From NCBI GenBank assembly GCA_963700635.1, contig CAVOYH010000002.1:96001-160000 (forward strand): a stretch of 64,000 nt of DNA. Reading direction: 5' to 3'. This stretch comes from an uncultured Bacteroidota bacterium (GTDB lineage Bacteria > Bacteroidota > Ignavibacteria > UBA10030 > UBA6906). The position numbers were made by a program, and so were the translations under genes. A model generated the notes under the pieces. That model ran no database searches. It saw nothing but the letters and a program-made list of their open reading frames with translations, and had not been told where the DNA came from. Below are positions 52,042 to 61,800 of this stretch, one piece after another; within the stretch, counting starts at the first letter, position 1, and the number at the start of each line of letters is the position of its first letter.

Positions 52042-55000
52042 GTGCCTTTTCAGCAACGCTTCTCGCTCCTTATTCTACTCATTCTGTTCTTCCTCCCGTG
52101 TTCGTTCAGCCAGGAAGATGCCCCCCATCCAGAGCTCGTCTGGCATACTCTGGATACTCCTCATTTTTTCGTGCACTATCACGAGGGCGCCGAACGGACG
52201 GCCCGGGTGATCGCAAAAATCGCGGAAGACATTTACGGGCCGGTTACCTCGTTTTACCAGCACGAGCCTGACAGCAAGGTTAGTTTTATCGTCAAAGATC
52301 ACGACGATATTTCCAACGGCGCGGCGTATTTCTACGATAACAAGATCGAAATCTACGCTTCGAGCATGGATTTTGAATTACGCGGGACGCACAACTGGCT
52401 GCGGAACGTGATCACCCATGAGTTCACGCATATCGTTCAAATACAGACATCAATGAAGTTCGGCCGGAAAGTGCCGGCGATCTATCTACAATGGCTGGGC
52501 TATGAGTCGGAACGCCGCGTGGATGTCCTCTACGGTTATCCGAATATCGTCGCATCATATCCGCTGTCCGGCTTTGTCGTACCGGCGTGGTTCGCGGAAG
52601 GGGTCGCACAGCATAACCGGGCTGAATTGCAGTACGATTCCTGGGATACCCACCGTGATATGATCCTGCGATCGTATGCCCTTGACAGCACCATGCTGAC
52701 ATGGGAACAAATGGGCGTGTTCGGAAAAACCAGTCTGGGAAACGAGTCTTCGTACAACGCAGGATTTGCCTTTGTCCAGTATCTGGCGGAGCGTTATGGT
52801 GAGGATGTGGTGCAGAAGATATCGCGTGAACTCTCCAGACTGACCGCTGTCACCATTGACGGCGCCATTGAACGGGCGGTCGGAAAAAATGGACGCCTGG
52901 TGTATGACGAATGGCGGACGTATCTGATGCGGGATTATGCCGAGAGGGTTGCTCGGATGCGCCCCGCGCTGCACCAGGGGACTCCCTTTGTGACAGATTC
53001 GTTGTATGAAGTGATCGATCCGGGAGAGCTGTTGAAGATCGAAAGTATGCACCACCCCGATGTGCATCTCCGCGTGGCCCCCGCTCAGGCAACGGTGGGA
53101 TTCGCCAACCTGTATCCCGCTTACTCTCCGGATGGCACAAAACTCGCATTTACGAGTGCCAAGAACGGCGACTACTTCGGGCTCTCTTCACTCTTCATCT
53201 ACGATTTTACGACAGAGCGGGAGCGGCTTGTACAGCCCGGCGTGAAGAGCGCCCCCGCATGGTCTCCGGATGGGACAAAGTTATATTACGGAAAGCTCAC
53301 GCGCGACAACCCTCACTGGTCCCTGCAGTTTGATATCTATGAATATGATCTCACCGCTGAGTCGGAACGAAGAGTGTCAAAAGGGCGGCGGGCACTCAAT
53401 CCGGCACTTTCACCGGAGGGTGACAGAATCGTGTGCGTCACCACACGCGACGGGACTTCGAACCTGGCGGTGATGGACTTGGATGGCAACAACTACCGGG
53501 AACTCACCCCCTATGCATCCGGAGAACAGGTGTACAATCCGGCATGGAGCCCCGACGGCGCACGTATCGTCTTCGACTACTCGGTCAAAGATGGGCGAGA
53601 CATCGCCTGGGTGAGGCCGGACGGAAGTGACCTGGAGTTCATCGTGACGGAAGGTGATGACGCCCGGTCAGCCAAATTTTCGCCCGATGGAAAGTCACTC
53701 TGGTACAGTTCTGACAGGACGGGGATCTTCAATATCTACCGGCTGGATCTGGCCCGAAAAGTGACAGAACAGATAACCAACGTACTCGGGGGCGCATTTT
53801 ATCCCACGGTGAACAGCGCCGGGGATCTTCTTTATGCAGCATACACTTCACGCGGATATAAACTCTATCACTACCGGCAGCCAACCGTGCTTGCTGAAGC
53901 GACCCCTCAGTACGAACGGAAAGCGCCCTATTCGTCCCGATTCGCACCTGTGCTGGCATCTGCAGAGAGCGGCGTTACGACGTACAATTGGGACGCCCTT
54001 CGCGGATACGACGACACACAGCTCTCCCCACTCGCATCCCGTCCGTACAAAAGCACGTTCACAAGTCTCACCGTGGTGCCGGTCATCCGGCTTGACAATT
54101 ATAATCCGAAGAGCAAGGGCACCGACGTCATCAAAGTGGGCGCATACGTCTTCTCCAGCGACGTGCTTGACAGAACAGGTTTTTTTGCGGGCGCGACGCT
54201 GAACGCAAAACTGGAACGGGACCTCTTCCTGCAGTTCACCTACCGGGGCCGTTTGCCTCTGTTCTATGAACTCGGCCTGGAGCCGGTGACGTCGCTGGAG
54301 ATCTACAACATCACCCGTAAAACCGACAATATCATCAGTCTTCCGGCGTCCACGATCCCTGTGGATGTTGCCTATGACCTGCTCGAATTTGATATTGCCC
54401 TCACCCAGCCGCTATTTTCACGGTTTGTGGACGCGGAACTGCGATTTATGCACAGCCGGTACACATCCATTATCGAATCGTTCATCAACCCCGAGACCAC
54501 GCCGGCATCACTGGTGGGCAGCTCGAGCGATTTATATCTTATTGCAAACGATCTTTCGCTGACACTCAAAGTAAACGCAGTGTTACCGTCCCGCACGCAG
54601 GAGATCAACCCCGTTGGCAGGAAGCTCAAGCTGCGCATCGGGCGCGAATGGAATAAGTTCAACGGTGATGGGGAATATGAGATCACTTCTACAGGTCTTC
54701 ATCCCCTCTACAAGGATGTAAATTTTACCCGTCTCGAGCTTAACTGGAAAGAACATCTCCCGTTCTTTTTCAGGAATCACACGCTTTCACTGAGTGCCCG
54801 TGGCGGATCTATACTTGGTCCGCCCGTGGATGAATTTTTCGATTTTTATGCAGGCGGACTCGTGGGGATGAAAGGATATCCGTTTTATGCCATCGGGGGA
54901 AACGAGATGGCCGCATTCGGCGTGAACTACCGGTTTCCTCTTGTCCATAATATTGATCTCCGGATTTTTCAACTTTACTTTGACAAGTTGTATGCCTCGG

Positions 55001-55248
55001 TCTATGCCGACGCGGGGTACGCCTGGACTGACTTCAAGCCCCGGTGGAAGGACATGAAAAAAGACATCGGGATCGAGTTGCGCCTGGAGGCCTTCTCGTA
55101 CTATGCCTATCCGACGCGTATTTTCCTGAATGCCGCATATGGGTTTGACAGTTTTGAGCGATACATCCGGAGCCGGGATCAGACCGTGCGGTACGGCAAA
55201 GAATGGCGTATCTACTTTGGTGTACTGTTCGGGTTTGACCTGGATTAG
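52042..55248 (+). CDS. Gluzincin (peptidase MA-like) + PD40/TolB propeller + Omp85-like barrel fusion
   Basis: ITHEFTH..WFAEG, SPDG repeats, GMKGY (loop 6), YRFPL, C-terminal FGFDLD. Confidence 0.8.
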   Translation: MPFQQRFSLLILLILFFLPCSFSQEDAPHPELVWHTLDTPHFFVHYHEGAERTARVIAKIAEDIYGPVTSFYQHEPDSKVSFIVKDHDDISNGAAYFYDNKIEIYASSMDFELRGTHNWLRNVITHEFTHIVQIQTSMKFGRKVPAIYLQWLGYESERRVDVLYGYPNIVASYPLSGFVVPAWFAEGVAQHNRAELQYDSWDTHRDMILRSYALDSTMLTWEQMGVFGKTSLGNESSYNAGFAFVQYLAERYGEDVVQKISRELSRLTAVTIDGAIERAVGKNGRLVYDEWRTYLMRDYAERVARMRPALHQGTPFVTDSLYEVIDPGELLKIESMHHPDVHLRVAPAQATVGFANLYPAYSPDGTKLAFTSAKNGDYFGLSSLFIYDFTTERERLVQPGVKSAPAWSPDGTKLYYGKLTRDNPHWSLQFDIYEYDLTAESERRVSKGRRALNPALSPEGDRIVCVTTRDGTSNLAVMDLDGNNYRELTPYASGEQVYNPAWSPDGARIVFDYSVKDGRDIAWVRPDGSDLEFIVTEGDDARSAKFSPDGKSLWYSSDRTGIFNIYRLDLARKVTEQITNVLGGAFYPTVNSAGDLLYAAYTSRGYKLYHYRQPTVLAEATPQYERKAPYSSRFAPVLASAESGVTTYNWDALRGYDDTQLSPLASRPYKSTFTSLTVVPVIRLDNYNPKSKGTDVIKVGAYVFSSDVLDRTGFFAGATLNAKLERDLFLQFTYRGRLPLFYELGLEPVTSLEIYNITRKTDNIISLPASTIPVDVAYDLLEFDIALTQPLFSRFVDAELRFMHSRYTSIIESFINPETTPASLVGSSSDLYLIANDLSLTLKVNAVLPSRTQEINPVGRKLKLRIGREWNKFNGDGEYEITSTGLHPLYKDVNFTRLELNWKEHLPFFFRNHTLSLSARGGSILGPPVDEFFDFYAGGLVGMKGYPFYAIGGNEMAAFGVNYRFPLVHNIDLRIFQLYFDKLYASVYADAGYAWTDFKPRWKDMKKDIGIELRLEAFSYYAYPTRIFLNAAYGFDSFERYIRSRDQTVRYGKEWRIYFGVLFGFDLD

Positions 55249-55269
55249 CAGAAGGAAACGAATGCTGAT

Positions 55270-56193
55270 ATGAAGAGTACAACTCAACACATGCTGAGTG
55301 CTCCGTTGGCCATGCTCACCGCGGCTTTCCTGGGGGTGATGACACTCCTGACCATGCCTGCCTACGCAGGGGCTGAGGGTGATCGTGCAGATCGGCCAAC
55401 GGGGAACCTTCAGGTGGACCTGTTCGGGATGAAGGAACTGCACAATGGACCCGTGCTCCAGGAAGGTGTTACTCCGCAGCCGATGCCATCAACACGGTCT
55501 CTGTGGCTGGCGGCCGGTCTGTCGGCGCTCATTCCAGGGGCTGGTGAGTTTTACGCCGAGAGCTACTGGAAGGCGGCATTGTTTTTCGCAGTCGAGCTCA
55601 CGGCTCTCGGTATTGCGTACTCGAATGACCGGCGGGGAGACCAGCAGACCGACAGATACAAGGACTTTGCGAACCAGCACTGGAGTGTCGTGAGATATGC
55701 AAAATATGCCGAGACCCTTTCGCCGGGGAAGACATACAACTGGCGGATCCCGGGCACCGAGGGGATGGGTGAGTTTGACCGGCCCTGGACGCAGGTCAAC
55801 TGGGCAGAGCTCAATCGCCTGGAACGGGATATCGCAGGGTATTATTCGCACACGCTTCCGGGGTACGGAGAGCAGCAGTACTACGAACTCATCGGCAAGT
55901 ATCCACAGTACAATCAGGGGTGGAATGATTCGCCTGCTTCGTTTAACTATGGCGACCCGCTGACATCCAACTTCCTCTACTACTCCGGCGAACGGGGAAA
56001 GGCGAACACCTACTACACAAATTCATCACGCTGGGTCACCATTGCGATTATCAACCACATCCTCAGCGCAGTGGACGCGGCCTGGTCTGCGAGTCTGTTT
56101 AACCGTGCCCAGGCTACAGTGGGTATGCGGGTGATGCCGACACAGGAGGGGTATACGACCGCGGGGCTGTTGAAGGTCCACCTTGAATTCTGA
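55270..56193 (+). CDS. Hypothetical exported protein with LSALIPGAGEFY (DUF5683/TM2-like) motif
   Basis: Signal peptide, motif, QQYYELIGKY, SAVDA; co-oriented with porU-porV. Confidence 0.7.
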   Translation: MKSTTQHMLSAPLAMLTAAFLGVMTLLTMPAYAGAEGDRADRPTGNLQVDLFGMKELHNGPVLQEGVTPQPMPSTRSLWLAAGLSALIPGAGEFYAESYWKAALFFAVELTALGIAYSNDRRGDQQTDRYKDFANQHWSVVRYAKYAETLSPGKTYNWRIPGTEGMGEFDRPWTQVNWAELNRLERDIAGYYSHTLPGYGEQQYYELIGKYPQYNQGWNDSPASFNYGDPLTSNFLYYSGERGKANTYYTNSSRWVTIAIINHILSAVDAAWSASLFNRAQATVGMRVMPTQEGYTTAGLLKVHLEF

Positions 56194-56205
56194 TGGGTGC
56201 TCCGC

Positions 56206-57291
56206 TTACTTTGGCACCCTGAACATGACCACTGATGCCGCAATCAGGAAGATGATATTGGCGGACCAGGCTGTGAGAAGGGGATTGATGTCGCCGTTAT
56301 AGCCGAAGACCTGACTCACTTTCATGAAGATCAGGTAGACAAAACAGATGAGGAGACTGACGCCCAGCTGCACGCCGACGCCTCCTCTGCGGCGGAATGA
56401 GGAGAAGGGGACCCCGAAGAGCACGACGATGACCGTTGCAAACGGAAACGACACCTTGCTGTAAAAATCCACCTGCCACCGCGCTACATCCTGTCCGGCC
56501 CTCTGCTGGTTTTCAATAAACTCCTGCATGTCGTAGTAACTCATTTCGTCGGGCTTCTGCTGTTTCTTCCGCAAATCATCCGGGTTGAAGTGTAATGTTC
56601 CTGCAGGCTGGACGGCGAAGTCATCGATCCGTTCACGCCCGTTGGCAAACCAGCGCCGGCTGCCGTTGTTCAACATCCACCGGCGGGATGTGGAATCCCA
56701 CACCATGGTCACCGCGTCCACCCGTTCCACCATCACGGTAGGGTCGGCGATGCTGAAGTCCTGAATGCTGACGCGCGAAGCGATGTTTCGCGTATCGTCG
56801 AAATATCCCAGCGAGAGAATGCGTGTGGGACTATCCTGCACATAGATGTTTGCCCCGGATGCATTTACGATGTCTTTGTGCAGGTAGACGCGTTCAATGG
56901 TAAACTTCTTTTTGTTTGCATACGGCACGATCCATCCGTTAAAGTAGACGGAGACCGCGCTCACCAGGATGGCGACGGTGAGGAAAGGAAAGAGCAGCCG
57001 GTAGAGGCTGATCCCGCTTGATTTGAAGGCAGTCCATTCACCCTGCGTGGAGAGGCGGGCGGTGACGAACAGACTCGCAAGGAGCATTGCGACGGGGATA
57101 ATGAGTTTGATGATCTCGGGGACAAAGTAGACATAGTAGAGTGCAATAACCTCCATCCCTGCCTGCTTGTCGATGAAGTCATCCATCTTCTCCATCGCAT
57201 CGATGATGATGAATATGACAAGCACGGCGGCGAGCGAGAAGAGAGCGGTGACCAGAAACTGCCGGACAATGTAGCGATCGATCAGCTTCAT
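56206..57291 (-). CDS. lptG: LPS export ABC permease LptG
   Basis: IDRYI, P..MLLA, EWTAFKSSGIS, PLLTAWSAN. Confidence 0.88.
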   Translation of the reverse strand: MKLIDRYIVRQFLVTALFSLAAVLVIFIIIDAMEKMDDFIDKQAGMEVIALYYVYFVPEIIKLIIPVAMLLASLFVTARLSTQGEWTAFKSSGISLYRLLFPFLTVAILVSAVSVYFNGWIVPYANKKKFTIERVYLHKDIVNASGANIYVQDSPTRILSLGYFDDTRNIASRVSIQDFSIADPTVMVERVDAVTMVWDSTSRRWMLNNGSRRWFANGRERIDDFAVQPAGTLHFNPDDLRKKQQKPDEMSYYDMQEFIENQQRAGQDVARWQVDFYSKVSFPFATVIVVLFGVPFSSFRRRGGVGVQLGVSLLICFVYLIFMKVSQVFGYNGDINPLLTAWSANIIFLIAASVVMFRVPK

Positions 57292-58685
57292 ACCGGAATC
57301 CGGGGGGTGGAGGGAGCGTCGGGCAGGACAGTACGCCAGCGACGGGGAATCAACCGTTCGAAGATACTCCAGTCAATGAGAATCGTCTCACGCCCGACGC
57401 GGAATGTCAGATACAGCCCCATGGCACCGATGAGAATGTTCGCTCCCCACATTCCCCAGAATGGAGGGAGGATGGAGCGATCCGCGAGTTTTTCGCCCCC
57501 GATGAGAAAGGCCCAGTAGAGCACGAAGAATCCGAGACTCAGGGTGGCGGCGATGCCGAAGCCGCCTTTGCGGGCCATAATGCCGAGAGGGGCGCCGACG
57601 AGCACAAAGATGATACACGCCGCCGGGATGGCGTACTTCTTATGGATCTCCACCCAGTACTGGTTGATCTGTTTTTCGAAGGCGTCAATACGAAAGCCCG
57701 CCGTAGCCAGATTCATGGTGAGAGTCCGCGCCTTGACCAGGGCGGACGAGGCCTCCGGTCCGACGCTCATGCCGTCCATGGAGGTGGTCCGTGTCCACTC
57801 TCCCCGCAAGGCACCATCCATCTCTTTCTGCATCATCATGCGTACCTCGGCCACCTGGCGGTCACGCAGTGCGGTCAGACTGTCCACGACGTGCAACATG
57901 GCCGGCGCACTCAGCTCCCGGTCGCCCCTGGTGAAGGCGCTGGTGGCAGACCGTTCGAATTCGAAGCCCTCCACATCCATGGCAATCCGGTGCTGATCAA
58001 ACCGTACCTTCCGGTACGTTGTCATCTCCTGAAGGTCCAGTTCATGGATCTCCCCCTTGTGGAGGAACATGATGATCTTCCGGAAATCGGGGGAGAACGA
58101 AATCGTGCCCCGCTCCGCAGTAATCAGAATATTTTTCGTGGGATTTGAATAGTCGTACAGCGTAACGCCTTCCAGGTCGTTCGAATTGGGGACGGTCTTC
58201 CGGACCAGAATACTGTACCCGGGCAGGTCCTGTGAGAAGACACCATTCACGAGCGCAATGGTGGGTTTTTTCCGGCGGATGTCCGTTGTGAGTGCCTTCA
58301 GGCGATGATTGGTCTCAGGGAGCACGCTGTTGTTAAACCACACCATGATCAGGGCGACGCAGGCCCCCCCGATGAACACCGGAGCCATCATCCGGTAGAT
58401 GCTGATGCCCCCGGCCTTCATCGCGGTTATTTCGTTGCGCGAGGAGAGGTCCCCGAATGCCATGAGGATGGCAACGAGCACCGACATCGGCACGGCGAGG
58501 ACGAGCATCCAGGAAAGGCTCAAGGCGACAAGTTCGATGATGACCCACGCGGTCAGACCCTTGCCCACAAGCTGATCTATAAACTTCATGACGAATTGAA
58601 GGAGGAAGACAAACATGAGGGTGACAAGGGAGAAGACAAACGGACCGGCATGTGCGCGGAGGATATATCGGGGAAGCAGGAACAT
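57288..58685 (-). CDS. lptF: LPS export ABC permease LptF
   Basis: LVGKG, LAVPMSVL, NEITAMKAGGIS, VEIHKKY, GAPLG. Confidence 0.88.
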   Translation of the reverse strand: MFLLPRYILRAHAGPFVFSLVTLMFVFLLQFVMKFIDQLVGKGLTAWVIIELVALSLSWMLVLAVPMSVLVAILMAFGDLSSRNEITAMKAGGISIYRMMAPVFIGGACVALIMVWFNNSVLPETNHRLKALTTDIRRKKPTIALVNGVFSQDLPGYSILVRKTVPNSNDLEGVTLYDYSNPTKNILITAERGTISFSPDFRKIIMFLHKGEIHELDLQEMTTYRKVRFDQHRIAMDVEGFEFERSATSAFTRGDRELSAPAMLHVVDSLTALRDRQVAEVRMMMQKEMDGALRGEWTRTTSMDGMSVGPEASSALVKARTLTMNLATAGFRIDAFEKQINQYWVEIHKKYAIPAACIIFVLVGAPLGIMARKGGFGIAATLSLGFFVLYWAFLIGGEKLADRSILPPFWGMWGANILIGAMGLYLTFRVGRETILIDWSIFERLIPRRWRTVLPDAPSTPRIPV

Positions 58686-58691
58686 GAGCAT

Positions 58692-58720
58692 AATATAGCG
58701 TTCACGGCTTGATTTTCCAA
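58692..58720 (-). promoter_or_regulatory. Sigma70-like promoter, probable leaderless lptF transcript
   Basis: TTGGAA-17-TATATT ending 6 nt before ATG 58685. Confidence 0.5.
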
Positions 58721-58740
58721 GTTTCGGGGGCGTGGGGGAG

Positions 58741-58769
58741 TTGCTATTTTCATCCGTTTTCTCTATGTT
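58741..58769 (+). promoter_or_regulatory. Sigma70-like promoter of sprA
   Basis: TTGCTA-17-TATGTT. Confidence 0.45.
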
Positions 58770-58871
58770 GAGCTCACTGCACACAGTGAGGAGTCCAATA
58801 TCGATTTTGTTTGGTAATAGTTATGCGCGGGGTCGTGGGGATTTCGGTGAATACACCGTGCGAGAATCGAA

Positions 58872-61800
58872 TTGAACTCCAATCGTCTCTATCATACGCC
58901 TTATCATCTGGTGCCTCCTACACGTTGGCTTTTCCCCCTTGCGGGTCTCCTTATCACTCTCCTGGTGTGCGTATTTTCTCTTGAAGGTTCAGGAGTTCCC
59001 CCGGGCACCCCGGCACAAATACTCCCGCAGGACACGATCCGTACCCGCTTCCCGGGACAATTCCCCGGTCAGGGCCTGCCTGGCAGCTTCGGTCTCGCCG
59101 ACACAACACGCCGGGATTCTCTGGGCTTCACCCTAGACTCTCTCGGAGTCTGGCGGGATTCCCTCGGCAACTATCTCGACTCCCTCGGAGTCTGGCGGGA
59201 TTCTCTCGGCCTCCGCAGGGATACCACCGGCATCCGTCTCATCAAAGACAGCACGTATGTTGTTTATCTGGACTCCACCTCGCGCCTGCGCCAGTTTAGA
59301 GCTTCGCGGACGGATCCCGTGTACACAAAATTTTTTCCCGAACGCAACTATCCGCTGTTCGGCTCCCGGAAGGTGGCGGGGTATCGACGTGAGGTGACGC
59401 TCGACTCAACGGGGCGCACCATCCGTTTTCGTGAAACCGTCGGCGGCGAGGCAGTGAAAATACCGGTCAGCATGCCGTTGCGTGACTACGTTGAGGCGCG
59501 TCAGAAGGAGGAGTTCCGCCGGATTCTGGCCGAAGAAGCCCGAAAACCGAAGGCGCTTGTCGCACGCAACGATCTCGGCGAGCTTCTGAGCTCGATCACG
59601 CAGATTCATATCCCGATTCCTCCCAACCCGATATTCAGCATTTTTGGGAAACCCGAGATCAAGCTGAATATCAGCGGCGCGGTGGATATCAAAGCGGGAT
59701 TCAGGAATACACAGACCGATCAGACAACGATTTCGCGCCTTGACCAGAGCCGCAACGAACCTGACTTCAGCCAGGACGTCCAGGTGAATGTCAACGGCAC
59801 CATCGGTGACAAATTGCAGATCCAGGCCGACTGGAATACCCAGCGGACGTTTGAGTATGAGAACCAGCTGAAGATCAAGTATACCGGATACGAAGACGAA
59901 ATCGTCCGCTCGATCGAAGCAGGTAACGTGTCGCTGCAGACTCCATCCGCATTTATCGGCAGCAGCCAGGCTCTGTTCGGCGTGAAGGCACAGTTTCAAA
60001 TGGGGCCTCTCGTTCTGACGGCACTTGCATCCCAGAAAAAGGGACAGATTAAAGAAGTGGCGGTCTCCGGCGGCGCGAAAGAACAGACGTTTGAGATGCG
60101 CGCCTACGAATACGCCACAAACCACTTTTTTGTCGACACCGCGTATATCAAGGAGTACGAACCGTATTATCAGAACGAACCACCCCTCGTCAACAGCAAT
60201 TCGCAGATCGTGGAAGAGGAAGTCTGGATTCAGAGACAGGGCGGCATCCCGGATCCTAATGAGCGGCTCGGCGTTGCTTCCGTCAGCCTTCCCCTGCGAC
60301 CCACGAGCGGCTACAGCGAGTCCTTCAGGGATGCCATCGATGACCCCGGCAAGATCGAGACCGGGCCTTTTATCCTTCTCGACCGCTCTCAATATGAACT
60401 TGACGGGGATGGTTATCTTGGGGTGCTGTCGCTCAATGCGAGCGTGGGCGACCAGCAGATCGTCGCCATCGCCTATCGCACCGCAGATGGCAGACAGTTC
60501 GGAGAGCTGACGCGTAATGTGGGCTCGGACAGCGTGTCGGTGAGCAAACGCCTGGTGCTGAAGATGGTGAAACCCAAAAACCTGCTTTCCAACGGGCCAT
60601 CCTACCCGACTCCCTGGAAGATGTTGTTGAAGAACATCTACCCGATACAGGGAATCGGCCGCAACGTAAAGAAGACAGGCTTCTCCCTCGATATCTTTCG
60701 TCGGGTTCCCGGCGGTGAAGATCAGAACAGCGTTCTCAATGAGCCCCTGCTCCGGGTCTTTGGTCTCGACAAATACAACAGTGATGACACACCTGCGCCG
60801 GACGGTGACGGGCAGTTTGACTATCGGCCGGGGCGGTCCATCAATCAGGCCCGCGCGGAAATAATCTTCCCCACTCTCCGTCCGTTCGATACCGGAGTGC
60901 GCCAGTATTTTCTGGACAAGGGTACGAGTCTTGCGGACACGTCGGAGTTCCTCTATCAGGAAGTCTACGATACCACCCGCACGTTCGCCGAACAGGCTCT
61001 TCGAAACAGATATGTCATTCGTGGCAAAGCAACCGGAGAAGCGACGTCCCGGTATTCTCTGGGCTTTAACGTTGTGGAGGGGAGCGTGCAGGTGCTGCTG
61101 GATGGGCGGACGCTTCTTGCGAATGTCGACTATACGGTGGACTATATCATCGGCGAGGTTGTGATCAAGAACGATCGCGCACTTGTGCCGGGTGCCAATC
61201 TGCAGATCAAGTACGAACAGAACGACCTGTTTCAGCTTGCCTCAAAAACCCTTCTGGGAGCCCGCGGAGACCTGCGACTTGGCCAGAACGTGAACTTCGG
61301 ATTCACCATCATGAATCTGAACCAGGAGACACTGAGCGACAAGGTGCGCCTGGGTGAAGAACCGAACAACAACACCATCTTCGGCATGGACGGATCGACA
61401 ACACTTAATCTTCCGTTCCTCACCCGTGCGCTTGATGCTCTTCCGATTTTCGAGACACGCGAACCTTCACAACTAAAGATCTCCGGGGAAGCGGCATACA
61501 TGCTTCCCGATCCCAATACAAAAAAGAGCCCGATCCCGAGTGACAACGCCGAGGGCATCGCCTATATCGATGACTTTGAGGCAGCGCGCCGCTCGATCCC
61601 TGTGGGCATCTCCTATGCCGCATGGACGCTGGCCAGTCCGCCGGCCGATAACTTTTTCTTCCCGGGGGTGCCGGATACAACAAAAATGTTCTCCCGCGGG
61701 CAGATGCACTGGTTTAACCGTCTTCCCACGGACGTTGCGTTAACGGACATCTACCCCCGGAAGCTTCCGGGGAACGCGGCAAATGACCTCGCAACCGTGC

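Noticed and set aside
58773-58858. Small hairpins in the sprA 5' UTR
   Set aside because: 5-7 bp stems with no terminator or alternative pairing; insufficient to call a regulatory RNA.
59115-59231. CRISPR-like array
   Set aside because: 21-bp in-frame coding repeat without unique spacers; no cas genes in the window.
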